From Eledone cirrhosa (taxonomy: Eukaryota), in the NCBI GenBank assembly GCA_964016885.1, contig OZ024742.1, forward strand, positions 169,446,001 to 169,510,000: a stretch of DNA of 64,000 nucleotides, in the 5' to 3' direction. Positions 37,828 through 52,365 of this stretch are shown here, piece by piece; position 1 is the stretch's first letter; each line of letters opens with the position of its first letter. The notes below the pieces were generated by a model. It saw only the letters and a list, made by a program, of their open reading frames with translations, did no database searches and was not told the origin of the DNA. The translations under genes were made by a program, and so were the position numbers.

Positions 37828-40800
37828 AATACATATAAATGGAGATATCAACTTAGTTTTGACGAAACAAGATGAATGGAAGATCAATGCGTTGTTATGT
37901 AGATCAAATAAATATATGGTATGGTTCAGGAGGTGAGATTCGAAAAATTGGAAAATAAGCGGTATCACAGAGCATATTAACATTAATGATATAAGGGAAA
38001 TAACTGTTGATGGATTAATGAGAATTGCCCCATAAATTTTTGTCATACTTTCTACTGTTATCGGTTGTACTCTCTCCCTTCCTAGGATTTCACTTTTGAA
38101 GGCTGAGAAGTCACACAAAAGTCTATATTAAAGATATATATGAAAGCATATACAATGCTATATAATAAATCTACATAAGTCTCGCCATGTGTATTTGAAA
38201 TTGTGGTATTTGTTCCGGCTTTTTTACGTTCTGAGTTCAAATGCCACCGAGGTTAGCTTTGTTAGTCTAATTTCCCCTTCCCTTCAAATTGCTGGCCTTG
38301 TGCTAAATGTAGAAACAATTATTATTATTAACACTAGACCAGCGAAACTTGTTACCTGCTTCATGCTATCGAGACTTAGTTAATCACCCGCAAGAGTGAG
38401 TGAGTCCCATGAGTTAGAATGGCTATTTCAACGCATCTCTCTCGTTTTCTTCCAGGGTAACACTTTATTTGTTGAGTCTTCTGGGACCATGTGGCGGCTC
38501 GCGCCTGGGATTCTGCGCCGGATATGTACCACTGGGGTAGCGATGGTATAAATCTTCAATTATGTTACGAATTCAGTCAAAAATGTGTGACTATCACTAA
38601 ATAAACGATACGTCCAGTTAATTTTATTTATTCATTTCTATTGATTATTCAAGACTGGAAGGGCAGCATGAATGACCCTTAAATCTCTACTGCTTCAGAA
38701 ACTAGTGGATAAAAAATAAAAAGAGGTGAGCTTCCCATCAACCCGAGGACTTGGTTCGAATACTTGAATCACAGTAAAACTCCATTAAAGCACTTAATGG
38801 CAGTGATAGTGTTAAACAGGGCAATAGATTAAGTCTGTCACTCGGATTTTTTTCGTTCTATTAGTCAGGGCTGATATTGAGGACAAAAGGAATCAGAGTG
38901 GGGGTGGGAGTCCTGGCTCAAATAACACCAAGCCCAGAGCAGAAGCTGTGGCCGGTTGTATGTCCTATATTAGTCTCATCAGCTCTCAGCGAGCCTGCAA
39001 TAGATGTAGGCAGGCCACTTCATAAATCTTCGTCAGCGAAGCCAAATCATTGTGATGGTTTGTCTGATCGGATCGATGAAGCCTTGAGGTTGTAAATATT
39101 AAATAAGTTTGGTTTAGAGCGGTGGGTTGCCAATATCGGTAGAACGTCCGACATGCTTTGCGGCATATAGTTATGTCCCTTTATGTTCTAAATTCAAATC
39201 TCGCCGCGGTTAGCTTTGCTTTTTATCTTTACGGGGTCGACAAAAGTACTAGTAACGCACTGGGATCGATTTAAGACTTTCCCCTCCCCCAAATTACTGG
39301 CATTGTGCCTATATCAGAAACTATTACATGACTCTGGTTTGGTTATATAATGACTAAGTACAACACAGATTCAAATATGCCGTATCCTCGTTCAAAAGAG
39401 AAACACACTGTATTTCGACATGCAGCCGTTCAACTAAAATTGTTAGGACTATCTCTTTACTGTATTTCATTTTCTTTTTAAGGTGGGGTAAGTGGCTGTA
39501 ATATCTAAATGTAGTAAACAAATGTATTTTTTTAATTCGAAATCACCACGAGAAAGCCTAATACGTCACTTCTAAGCAAAGGATATGTAAATAGAATGTA
39601 AATAAGTACCGAATGCTCACGTTACCAATCCGACAATTGCATGATCAAAGTTGTTTTGGGGTTTTAAACAACACTATATAAAATTAAAATAAAAACTATC
39701 GGTGAAATAGAGCAAGCTGAATTCGAGAATCGGTTGTTATTAATTCGCTCGAGAATGGTGGCGGGGTGGCAGAATAGTTAGAGCGTTGGACAAAATGCTT
39801 TACGTTTTGAGTTCAAATCCCGCCAACTTTGTCTTACAACATTCTGGGGTCGACAAAATAGAGTACCAGTAAAGTACTGAGCCGATATAATCGACATTCC
39901 CCTCCCCACAGATTGGTGGTCTCGTGCCGAAATTATGAATTAGTGGAACTGGTAGAATCGTTAGAGCGTCGGACAAAATGCTCTGCGGTGTTTAGTCACG
40001 TTCAAATCCCGCCGAGGTCAACTTTACTTTCATCCTTCCGGGGTCAATAAGATAAAGTAACAGTTAAGTATTGGTGTCCATATAAATCGACCCCCCCCCC
40101 AAAAAAAAACTATTGGCCTTATGTCTAAATTTGAAACAATTATTTCGCCCCAGACATTCCAGCTTTGACCATCCAATGTAAGCAACAACAGCCACTCATC
40201 TGATGGGCCAGACTGTAAATTCACTTGGGTAGCTAGAAATAGCAGCCAAATCTCTCAAATAACTTTAAATGAACACAATGTATAGAAGAAAAAAAGGAAT
40301 GATCACGACTGGAGTGTCTTTGGTGATAAATCTCCTTGATAAAGGTTGACTTAGGGTTAATTAACTAATTTGTCATTTATTTATAATACGGAGATTTTAG
40401 GAAAATATGGCTGCTACTTCTAGCAGGTCAAGCGACCAGATAGGGGTTTCCTTTGTATTTAAAGTAGGGTGTGATTTGAGGAGATATTGTGGCTTTGTCT
40501 AGCGATTTCATTGCCCACGTATATGATCCCTTTTTATCAAATGTAGGGTGTGATTTGAGTGGATACAGCTTCTATTTCTAGCATGCTGAGTGACCACGTA
40601 TAGTCTCCTTCTTAGCTAGCCGCGACTGTGTGGATTGTTCCGAGAAAGCCAATTCAATCCACTTGCATTACTAAATTCTTTCGAAGGAAAAGCATGAGCA
40701 TCACTACAGTTCATTCCTCTTTCAGATCTCTAGATTATATCCCTCGTCAAAATTACTGTTCAACTCATGTGAAGACCATTATAACAAAGGGATGTGAGGA

Positions 40801-41634
40801 AACAATAGAAGAGAGAGAAAAAAAAAGAAGGAAATACGTAATAATGTTATTGTTTAACTCTAGGTCGGTCCTGAACAAGTAGATCTATAATCAAAGGCAT
40901 TCCAGCCGTGACCATCTCGTCTTTTTCTACAGACTACATAATCAAATGTAACCCTCCTTTTTTAAGTGGATAAATTGTGAATTAGTTGTAAGGTTAACAG
41001 AGCACATAGAGAGATCATAGCAATTGGTGTAGTATAATTGTGAATGATTTCTTTACGAGGGAAGCTGGAAAACTGAAACCTACATATATGTGTGTATTTA
41101 CGTGCACGAAAGAAAAGTGAAGAACATTACAACACCACATTTATTGAAAACGGTCGAGAAATATGTATAAACACAAGACATTTATTTTTTTATGGAATAT
41201 ATATGTAAATACACGCATGCATGCAAAAACATATGTACACAGACAGAGAAAACATATACATGCATATGTATGTGTGTGTGTATATATATATATATACAAA
41301 TCAAGCCCAAAACTCCCTTACACACTTTCATCGCCTTCACTAATACATGAAACATTTACAAGAAAACTTGAAGAATCATGTGAGAGAAAGAATATATAGA
41401 TATATGACACAAACCTTCAATGAACTTCATTTTGGGAGGCATTGCCGATCAGTGTTGTGATGATGATATATACTAGGGGTTTAAAAAATGGGATTTTAAA
41501 AAAAGGAGCCTTCTGATGGGATGAAATAGATCGATGGCACTGTCGTTTAGCGGGGGTCCAAATTAAGGGTAGCTGATTAAAGTACAGTCTATATAATCGT
41601 AACTATTATTGTATCTATGTATAAATACATACAT

Positions 41635-41871
<237 letters not shown>

Positions 41872-42303
41872 AACTATAATTGTGGCGGGTGGAGAGTTGA
41901 TTTCTTCAACCGTGCCCTACGTCATCATAGCTCGTGCACAACGTCATTTGTTAGGAGGGAGGGGTATTTCTAGCGTCAGCTTTGTTGAAAGCAAACCAGG
42001 CTCTCTGATTTTAGGTGATGTTGGGTGTAAATCCTTGTCAAAATATCTTCCGCAAGCCGGTGCGCGATTGCGAGGTGGTATCACACCGTGTTCTCTTTCC
42101 TTTGTACTTTTCATTTTGAGTTGCGTATTTCAACAACGTCACGAACATAAATTTCTTGTGACATATATTACATATATATATATCGTTCTGTTCCGAAATG
42201 CCACACTTTTCGCCGTTTTCGCGAAATTACCAAGCGACCTTTCTTTCTCAGTATATACATATATACACGCACACATACATATATATATATACACACACAC
42301 ACA

Positions 42304-42404
42304 CAGGATGTCCCCAAAAAATATATACACACAGGTTGTGCATTCTAGTAAATATTGCCTGTACAAGTAATCAAAGTGAGTATATATTTTCGGGGGACAC
42401 CCTG
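42304..42404. mobile_element. About 100-bp Tc1/mariner-type MITE
   Basis: TIRs CAGGATGTCCCCAAAAAATATATACAC / GTGAGTATATATTTTCGGGGGACACCCTG. Confidence 0.7.
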
Positions 42405-42779
42405 TCTATATATATTTATACTAGCTTAGGAGCTCGTTCGTTGAGGGGCAATAATCACAATAGTATGCGTTTATTTCACTTTTTTTTTTTATTCCATGCC
42501 CCCAAGATAGTGCCTTTTATGAGGACGGATTTCTTTATTAATTGGGTCAATTTATAATGTTTGTATAAACAATGTTTGCTGTTTTTCCATCTGATTTCCT
42601 ACTTTCGAACACCCAACGTAAACCTGACAATGAGTGAAGCAAAGCTCTTCTACGTGTAAACCGGTAACCGAAAATGTTTGTCCTTGTGAGTTGTTGATGG
42701 CCATGGCAAAACTAAGACCCACTGGAAATTGAAATCGTTTGAATTGAATGAAACATCAGTGGGGATTAGAAGAATTCTT

Positions 42780-44500
42780 GGAACGAACCCACCCTCTCAC
42801 CTATCACACCCTATTTGAGGGATTATTATGGACCGTAAGGGCACACCCAACTACTTTGATATTACAATAGGATCTAGTGATTTAGCTCAAGTCACAGATC
42901 TTGTTGGATTGTACCTATTAAAGGAAATTAGCTCAGAAATTCCTTATCTGAAGAGTGGTTTGTATCGTGATGATGGTCTTTTTGCCTTAGAATACGAGAA
43001 ACATAAAATAGAATGCACTAGGAAGGACTTATATACATTATTTAAAAATCATAACTTAGGTATAACTATTGACTTGATCACTGATATGGTCAATTTCCAA
43101 GATGTAACTCTAGATCTAACATCAGTAACTTATAGAACATACCATAAACCAGGTGAATATATTTGCTATTATGATAAAAAATTAGACCATCCTAAATCGA
43201 TTCTTAGTTCCATAGTCAAGGGCATATCTGGTAGAATTAACACTTTATTGTATAATGAATCAATTTTTAATCAAAACGCTACTTACTATAATGAGGCTGT
43301 AGCCCGATCTGGCCATATTGACTCAATTGAGTATATGGTTGGTAGTGCGATTGTTGACAAACGAAACAAATCAATATCATACAATATGGCGATGAGTAGT
43401 CATAAATCAAAACACAATGACTCCATCCCAAGTAATCATATAGCAAACAGGAATTTACAATCTAACTCTAATGCCATATTACATAATTATAAGAAACCCT
43501 TTAGAAACAATAGAATAATCAAGAAAACACAAAACTTCCTATACCCCTCTGGAAAAGCTGCTCCCCAAGATAGCAAACATATTACAGATCCATGTACGTC
43601 TGATAAACAGAATTACAGGACGAATATAACCAAAGATAGGACCAGTAATAGAAATAGATAGCGACTAAATACATTTGTTAATCCTCCATTTAATTTAAAC
43701 ATCTCCATGAATATACCTAAAATTTTCTTCTCTCTACTAAAATGGAACTTTCCACCTGGACATAAATACCACAGATTAATTAACAAGAATACCATAAAAC
43801 TATCCTTCTCGACTACTCCTAATATAGCCACACACTTAGAATTTAGCAACAATAGAAAACTAAAAAAGTAGACACAGTCCTCTACAATGATTAATTTTAG
43901 GACACAATTAAGAAACACATCTAGCCAACAATAACACACATACTGCGCCTATGTAAGTACCAGACTGAATGTAACTAACTCCCCTAGTATCACAACTATG
44001 CAATCCAGAACTAGCAACGCATCCAGTAGAAACACACTAAGAAATAACTAATAATTCTGCACCTAGCCATTCAAGCACCACTCCTAATAGAAGCTTTTCC
44101 AGAAACAACCCACTCAGCCATAACTCATATAGTCATCTAAATTATGATTGCAGGAATAAGGCAACATGTCCCTTTAATAGTAACTTGCTTAACCAAAAAT
44201 ATTGTATACGGTTGTGTAGTCAATATACCCAATAACTCTAAACTATATATAGGCACCACAGCTAACAATTTCCAAAAAAAGATACTACGCCCACACTCGT
44301 TTAGAAAACTAAAACTAAAATATGTAATGTCCTTAGCTAGCTTTATATGGGAATTGAAAACTAACACACCATACACTTTAAATTGTAAAATTTTAGGTAG
44401 AGCCCCAGCATATAAACCCACTAATAGAACTTGTAGACTTTGCTTCCTGGAATCTCAACCGAGGTTCTTATAAGCTGCTCTCACAAACTGTTCCAATCAT
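42780..44500 (+). mobile_element. Degenerate Penelope-like element: RT followed by C-terminal GIY-YIG endonuclease
   Basis: FDITIGS..AQVTDLVGLYLL, GLYRDDGL, VNFQDVTLDL, YHKP, HPKSIL; then NIVYGC..LYIGTT..SLASFIW..CRLC. Stops and frameshifts present. Confidence 0.9.
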
Positions 44501-45499
44501 TTAAATATTATTCCCTTTACTCTTGCAACAACCTCCTTATCATTATATTTAACCTCCAATAATGTCATTTTGGGTATATAGACATGCGTAGCTATGACTG
44601 CACACTTCATTTGAGTAAATAGCAGACCAGTTGACAGTCATGATATAATCCATAATATGAATTAACTGTAGTTAATTTATACATTTAATAAATTAAATAT
44701 ATTTAATACATTGACATTTAGGGTTAATCTTCTTAAATTAAGGTTAATTCAGATAAAACCAACCCTCTTTTTAAAATACCAAATACTGGACGATAGTATA
44801 CATTTTAGATTAGGTTGGTCAGTTAACCTAAACTCTCATAGTTTATACTAGAAAATACATTTTAAATTAGGCTGAGCAATTAACCTAAAATCTCATAGTT
44901 AATTAATTACTCTTAATTCCCAATAGTACTGTCTCAGTACACCTAAATTTGCCTATTTACAACTATACACAATTTGGGCGTGAGAAGCAAACACACTTAT
45001 TGTTATAATAAAACAAAAAATTAACTTTAGGTGAATATAATCTCTATATTTAATAAGTTCAACGTATTGATTTATAGGGCTAATACAAATTACTCTAGGT
45101 TAATCTTAGTATCAACCACCCTATTTTTGGGTATTAGAAGTTACTCCAGATTGAACAAAAGAACCAACCCATTCGCAAATATTTGACATAAGATAAATCT
45201 CCTATAAAACCTCCAAATTGAGATTCATCCTCGTGCAATAATATATTAAACATACTCATAATCATATAATTCTAAATCTAAAGTGTTATAATTTTATTAT
45301 CCTAGTGATAATATCTAATTTAATACATATGTTGATTTGATTGGAGTGGTTTTGTTACTGACATTAAAATTAAATATATCTTTCTGTAACTTAGCTTCAG
45401 TGATTACCCCCCCCCCCCCTTGACTGCTATTAATCACTATCCTTAGATATAATAATAGATAAATCCGTACTAAATATTAATAAATATAATAAATATATA

Positions 45500-45889
45500 C
45501 CAATAATTGCATTGACTGAATATCTGACATATCGAGACACTGCATCCTTTAAGACACTCATGCTTCCCGAAATACGCCAAAACTACACCTGATGTACCCC
45601 TTCCATACACATGCACGCATGTGTGTATCATGACTTGTGCACTGTTCATTTTACTGATGTTTGTGCATTGCCCTATGTACTGTACATGTGACTTTTTTGA
45701 TGAGTTGTGGTGCACCTGGGCACTGTACACAATATTTCATTATTGTTATTATTATTATATCATGACTCATACACTGTTCATTTTCCTGACATTTGTACAT
45801 TATTCTATGTACTATACATGCACCTTTGATGAGTTGTAGTGCACCTGAGCACTGTACACAATAATTTCATTATTATTATTATTATTATG
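45500..45889 (+). mobile_element. CR1-type LINE 3' end with tandemly duplicated terminus
   Basis: Similar to 52195-52360; terminal segment repeated at about 45758-45889; (ATT)n tails. Confidence 0.75.
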
Positions 45890-46515
45890 AATAGTTGAGA
45901 GTTGACATAAGAACTTAAAACCCCCAGATTGAGCTACATCCTTGCGTAATATCATATTTGAAATACTCATATAATCATAATCTTATAACTCTAATAATAT
46001 TATCCACTCTAAGGATATATATCCTCGTGTAATATATCTAAAATACTCACAATCTTAAAAATCTAATTCTATAATTGTATAACCTTAAAATTCTAATAAT
46101 ATTATCCACTGTAATAACATATGGGCATTATACGCCATTTAACCACTGTAACGTAGCTTACGGAATTACTCCCCTTCTACTGATACTAATTACGATCGTT
46201 AAATATCCGCCGAGGTTAACTTTGCCTTTCATCTTTATGGGGTCGATAAAATAAAGTACTAGTAATGCACTAGGATAATTGTTGGCCTTGTGCCAAAAGT
46301 AGAAACAATTATTTTAAAGGGCGATGGATTAGCAGTATCGGTGGTGCGTCAGACACCATGCTTTGCAACATAGAATTATGACCCTTTACGTTCTGAGTTC
46401 AGATCCCGCCGAGGTTAGCTTTGCCTTTCATCCTTATAGGGTCGATAAAAAAAGGGTAATGCACTGGGGTAATTGTTGGCCTTGTGCCAAAAGTGGAAAC
46501 AATTATATTAATTAA

Positions 46516-47770
46516 TTTTTTTTTTCACGTTATTTGGTACGGTTTTATTTCATTCCATAACACATATGTTTAAGTGAGAGATGAAAGAATGGTATTTAAC
46601 TAATGTATTGGTATGCGATGGGGTCCACCCACAGCCCTGGTGGACAGAATGGAGAAGGCGTTTCCCCGGAGGACAGCAAGGGAGACGCGCTGGAAAAGCC
46701 ACTCCAACTTGCGGGGTTCACGCCTGCGGCTGGCCAGCTCACCGCCTATGGTGTGAGTAAGGAGGTAGCCCTGGGGTCGAGGACACCAGAAGTTTCCACT
46801 GCCAGGGGAACGACCGCAAACCTGTCGGAGAGCGACCGGTATTTGAGGAGTTTGGCCCCCTCAGCCCGACGTGCAGCAGAACCTGGGTCAGTCGCAGACT
46901 GCACCAGGTTGCGGCTGCAGAAAGTGTCGGTGCACGTGGCATCCCAGACGAGGGGTTTGCTACCGCGGAAGGGGAAGATGGTCATGCCATCTGGCCTTTT
47001 GCCGTCCCCTCGATCCAGCCCCACCGGCTCGAGCTGAGAAGGGAAGCCTGCAGCGTCCAAGCCATGCTTAATGACCTCGTTGAGGGCGGTATGGCGTGGA
47101 ATGCAGCCGGCACTGTGGCGACAGGAAAGCGGGTGGAGGCCGAAAGAGTCCACGCTGGAACCGCAGCGACATTGGTGCGGCTGGCAGATCCGGAGGCCGA
47201 GCCTCAGGAAAACACCGATTCGCAGGCTATGGTTGTCTAGCTGCGTGCCAGTGGAGAAGGAGGGCAGAGCATGGAGCCAGGCACCACTGTTGGGTTTGGA
47301 GGCTGCACGAAAACAAGCAAGGCGGTGCTGGTCGAGCTGGTGCGTGAGCCTGTCTGAGGCCAGGCTGCACTGGATGGCATCCCAAGTGCGTTGGGGGGGG
47401 GGGGGGACTTGACGTCAACAGGGGGAGAAGGAGGAGTTACGTCTACTGGGCTAAGTCCCAGCCGGTCCCACGTCTCACAGGCGGCCTCACGTTCTCTGAA
47501 CACAGGGGGTTCTGTTGTGTTTTGAAGAACCCTGCTGACGAGGACGCGGCACGAGGTTACCGACGAAAGATACGCCGGCAAAGCTAGTGAGATCGGGACC
47601 GGAGGCCTAGGCCGCCATACCTGACCGGTAAAGTGGCCTGATGCCACCCTATGTCGTCAAACTTGACGTTGCATACCCCCTCGGCTGCTGCTCGGTAAGA
47701 CCCAGAGTTCAGCACGCACACATGCGAGCAACAGAGCAGTTTGTCATAGACGATATTCTCAATGGACGCG
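46516..47770 (-). mobile_element. CRE-type non-LTR retrotransposon 3' fragment (restriction-like endonuclease)
   Basis: QATLPVRYGGLGLR; CCHC-type knuckle (..HPLSC) then RH..LNE, KRPDG, LVWDAT, K..KY, PLAVETSG; AATAAA and poly(A) at 46516-46525. Confidence 0.85.
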
Positions 47771-48079
47771 CTTGGATTCAAATTAATAAATACATACCAG
47801 TGATTACGTTGACAGAATGATTTACTAATAGGGGCTGCTTTTATAATAGTATAGATATGCAAAGCTTCTAGGAAAACAAAAAAATTTAGGTTTTAAAAGA
47901 AATACTACGCTGTACATAAAAAGCTTAGATATACTTAAACACATATGTTTTGGCTCACATTATTCTTATAAATTGCATACTTAGATTATATTATGCATTC
48001 GTACACACTATCAACATTTGTTTATGACTTCCTATTCGAGAACACATGTACTACACTTTTAATCATGAGTTCATCTTCA

Positions 48080-48625
48080 TTCTTCGCTCACTTATTCCTG
48101 AGAGGGTCGTGAGGGCAGAGTCCTCAAACATTCCTTCCAGTGGGTCTTGTCAGAAGCAACCGTCTCCAACTGATCTGGCTAGATCCCTGTGAGACCAGCC
48201 AAGCTCATGGATGTTATCCAATGATCTTGCTTGAGATCTACCCATGGGTCTCCTGCTGGTTGATTTTGTCCATAAAATCTGTCCAGCAATTCTTTCCTGA
48301 GACATTCTAACCACATGCCCATAGTATCGGAGCTGTGATCTACCTGGAGTGATTCTGATTTCCGAGCTATGCACTCTATCGAGCAACGTTACTTCAAAGA
48401 CCCTTCGGGGGAATCCCATTTCCGTCGCTTGTATTTGCGATCGTATTCTTTCAGTCATTACCCAAGATTCATGACCATAGGTAAAGGTTGGCACTCATAC
48501 CGAATTGAAGATAGTGAGTTTGGCTTTTACGCCTACCTCCCTTCTTCTGATTACTGAAGACGGCTCCGAGATACTTGAACTTCTCTACTTGCTTCTGTGG
48601 AACTTCATTCATATTTAGAGTGCAC
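48080..48625 (-). mobile_element. RTE LINE 3' fragment
   Basis: PTFTYGHESWVMTERIRSQIQATEMGF, SQLRYYGHVVRM; related piece at about 28255-28500. Confidence 0.85.
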
Positions 48626-48783
48626 TGCGCAGGCTAATCACTCTCTAATTAAAAACATTTCTTTTAAAATTTAAAGAAAAATACATTTGAAAACACTAGT
48701 TGTTTCACTTTAAGTTTAAAATTGTTTCAGTTTCAATTTATTAAAAATAAAAATTTCATTACAAATGCAAATATATATTTATA

Positions 48784-49394
48784 CTAACTGACGTACCCAG
48801 CTTCGCCCGGGTAAACAGATAAGAGAAGACAGTATAGCGGAGAGAGTCACAACAAGGGAGGCAACTGCTACAACAGGTAAAAGAGAAAACGATTGAATTG
48901 CATGTGTTGTCTGGTTTACAGTATGGGGCGAAACTGTGGTATGTGTGTGAGAGAGAGAGAGAGTGAGAGAACAGTAAAGAATCTTCCAGATACACCAGAT
49001 TCTTCGTTTACTGTTCGTGTATAGTATATGAAGATTGCTAGGTGTTCCCACCCGTGAACAACCTACATATAACTGTCCATGGGTAAAAAGTGATTCCCTT
49101 GTATCTAATTCAACAACTTGGAAACTCAGAACCTGAGCTTTATTTATAGTCATAGTAAAACTGGCTAGGGAACTGAAGTCTGGAGAATTTGAATGGCAGC
49201 TAGGTAGAGGAAGGGATAAGTGGAATTTTGGGAATAAATGCATTTTCTTCTTGCCTCCAATGATAGTGACCTTTGGGCGATGGTCCATCTTCCGCCTGAC
49301 TGTCAGGCGTGTGTCATTGCATAGACGTGATTGGTCCACGTTTCTCAAAAAGGATGATATAGTTTCAATCTTTCATATTATATGTAGATATAGA
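48784..49394 (-). mobile_element. Helitron deletion derivative with Pif1-type helicase fragment
   Basis: RLCNDTRL, FTMTINKAQ, FTHGQLYVGCSRV; 5' A|TCTATATC; 3' hairpin CCCGGGCGAAGCTGGG followed by TTAG|T. Confidence 0.8.
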
Positions 49395-49841
49395 TAATTA
49401 TATACAAATGTGCGTGCGATTGTGTGTAAACCAGCGTTCGAATAGGAGACGCTTAGTCGCGGAACACGATCATCATTAACAACGAACGCGCAGAGAGAAT
49501 CCCTTATGGTTGAATCCCAACCTGCTAGAAGTAGTAGTCAGGTTGGTTAGAATACTCGGGATGTTTTTCTTCTTTGATTTTATAAAATTAGTATCAATAA
49601 ATCTTCCTGGGTATACCCTTATTCCATTGCTGTCCTAACATTTCGATTGTTACTTTTCGTGTTTGTATGATGCACGAAGGAACCAACCAACAAACATTTC
49701 TCTTTTATATTATGTATAGATATTAGACAAACATGTGGTGAGGTTAACAATTTAAAGTTTAGATAAAATAAAGAAGCTGGAGGTGGATTAAAAAAACTTA
49801 TTTTGATAATTTATGAAAGTCAAATAATTTTTTTTTTACAC

Positions 49842-49985
49842 GGGTCGCCGTCGAGACTTCGTGTCCTCGGACCCCGTACTGCCGAACTCCTCCATAAAAT
49901 CGGAACGTCAGCAACCTGTCTGAGGAAGGAGCCCTGCGAGGTGGGGTGGTTGTTGCAACAGGTGTCGCTGGCCATTGTCCGCGAG
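49842..49985 (+). mobile_element. Short CRE-type RLE fragment
   Basis: AVETS..VLGPRT..WLLQQVSLAIVR, homologous to the 46.6-46.8 kb region. Confidence 0.6.
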
Positions 49986-50359
49986 GTGCAGTGGAAACAT
50001 CGCACCGCCCAAGGCATAGAGCCTATTACCCTCTCCCCTTCTTCCATGGCTTAATAGTCCTTGCTTTTCTTCTCATCGAAATTGAGTAGACGGAAAGCGT
50101 TTAGAAGCCTGTTGGATGGACTGTATCTGTAATTCAAAAGCCCAACCTTGTCCCATACTATATCACGCTGCATCTTCCTGAAATTACGTTATGGGTACGT
50201 GTGCTGTGGAATGTTTAGCCTCATACACGTTAATATCAAGAGCCAACAATTACGTTGGTCAAACAACTGGAATACACATTGTCGAAAATGACGGAGATCC
50301 ACTCTACACTTTATCTTTTCTTTTTCAAGATTTTCTCTAATTTCTAAATCTGAGAGTGC

Positions 50360-52365
50360 ATCATTGAAAAGTAGGAGGTAGGGATGGACAGTACTCTCAA
50401 GAGCTCCACCCCCTCCTATTGGTGACTGGTCTGATTTTACAGAAGGAAACAGGAAAAAGCGAAATAAATCATCCAACCATCTCAAGCAGGTGACAAAAAA
50501 GGCAGTGCTTGAATTTGAGCAGCGCATAGCAACCAACCCTGACAGTAAGATGTTCTGGAAGTATGTTCACTCAAAGCAGAGACCTCACTCTCTAGTTGGT
50601 CCTCTTCGCAATCCCCACACAAGCCAGGTTACTGACGACCCCCAAGGAATGCGCAGAACTCATTGCTGAATGCTATGCAGGCATTTTCACTGTTGAAGAC
50701 CAGAGTGTACCATCTCCACCACCTATGACATCGGATTCTATTACAACTATGGAATTTACACCTGCAATGCTGCGACGTCACCTTAAAAGTACGCAACCAT
50801 GTCTCTCCTGGTCTTGATGGTGTTACGTACCTGCTTCTCAAACATAATGGGTACCTCCTTCTGCACTAGCTATCACGCTTCTTCCAACTCTGTCTGAACA
50901 ACGGTGCTACTCCAGAACAGTGGAAAACTGCCAGTGCCATTCCTCTGTTAAAAAAGGGTGACCGCACATCACTTATCAACTATCGTCCAGTCAGTCTTAC
51001 TAGCTGCATTGCCAAACTGATGGAATCCTGTGTCAGAGAATCACTTTGGAACTCTCACAGTCTTATCCAGCCCTCGCAATTTGGATTTATCCCGAACTCC
51101 AGCTGCTGTGATCAACTTATCGAGTTTCTTGAAGATATTACCCGGTTCACTGATGGCGGCACATGGGTGGATATTATTTACCTTGACTTTGCTAAAGCTT
51201 TCAATTGTGCCACACAAAAGACTTATGGCAAAACTCTCCGCAATAGGTGTGAAGGATGATCTTTTTAACTAGTTGAAGTCCTTCATTCTCAGTCGAAGAG
51301 AGGTAGTCACGGTTCTAGGACAGCATTCCTCACCGTATGAGATGTCATCTGGTGTACCACAGGGATCTGTTCTGGGCCCCCTTTTGTTTGTTGCATATAT
51401 TAATGACATAGATGCCAACTTAAAGAATTCCACAGTACTGAAATATGCAGATGACATCAAGCTGTACATTGAGATAAAAAGGACAGATCCTGAACACTAT
51501 AGATCTTGTCTGCAATCTGACTTGGACACACTGCAACAATGGATCACGGACTGGTAACTCAAGCTGGCCGTGAACAAGTTTACCACCATGCATTTTGGGA
51601 GTAAAAACCCAGTGTCCACATGCTCCCTCCACAACACTAATATCAAGAAGTCTTCTTGTGAACGTGACCTGTGCATTACTGTCAGCAGCGATTTGCGTTG
51701 AACGAAGCACGTCTCTAAAATTGTCAAGAAGGCCGAGGGTGTCTTAGCATTACTCAGCAAGACCTTTGTCAGCCGCTCTCCAGCTATCTATTTAAAGCTG
51801 TATATAGCTATGCTGCGGCCACACTTAGAATTTACATCACCAGTCTGGAACCCCTATCTTGCTCAGAACATTGACTGCCTGGAAACTGTTCAGAGACGTG
51901 CAACCAAGCGAATACTCTCCATCAGGCATTTACCATACTCTGAACGCCTTGCTTCCCTGGGCATGGATACATTGAAGCTCCGACGTCTGGCAACTGACTT
52001 GGTAAACACCCACAAAATTATTAACCACCTTGCCAACAACAACCCTGAGTACCTTTTTGATTTCCATGTGTCTAACACACGTGGGCATGCCAACAAAGTC
52101 AGAAAACAGCACCGCTCCCACGACTTTCGGAAACATTTTTTCACGCTCAGAGTTGCTGAAGCATAGAACAAATTACCTGCATCAGTTATTAACTGTCGGG
52201 ACACTGCACCCTTTAAAATCTCCATGCTTCCTGAATTTCGCCAACACTACACCTAATATTCCCCCTCCATATACACGCACACATGTATATCATGACTCAT
52301 ACACTATTCACATACATGCACCTTTGGTGAGTACTGTACACAATAATTTCATTATATTATATATT
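50360..52365 (+). mobile_element. Degenerate CR1-clade LINE
   Basis: NYRPVSLTS, QFGF, IYLDFAKAF, SGVPQGSVLGPLLF, YADDIKL, RPHLEF..PVWNPY, LETVQRRATK, FRKHFFT; AT-rich tail. Confidence 0.92.

Noticed and set aside
44594-44642. SECIS-like hairpin after the PLE (ATGACTG...CAGTCAT)
   Set aside because: ATGA is Watson-Crick paired rather than forming the GA/GA quartet, and spacing to the AAA is wrong.
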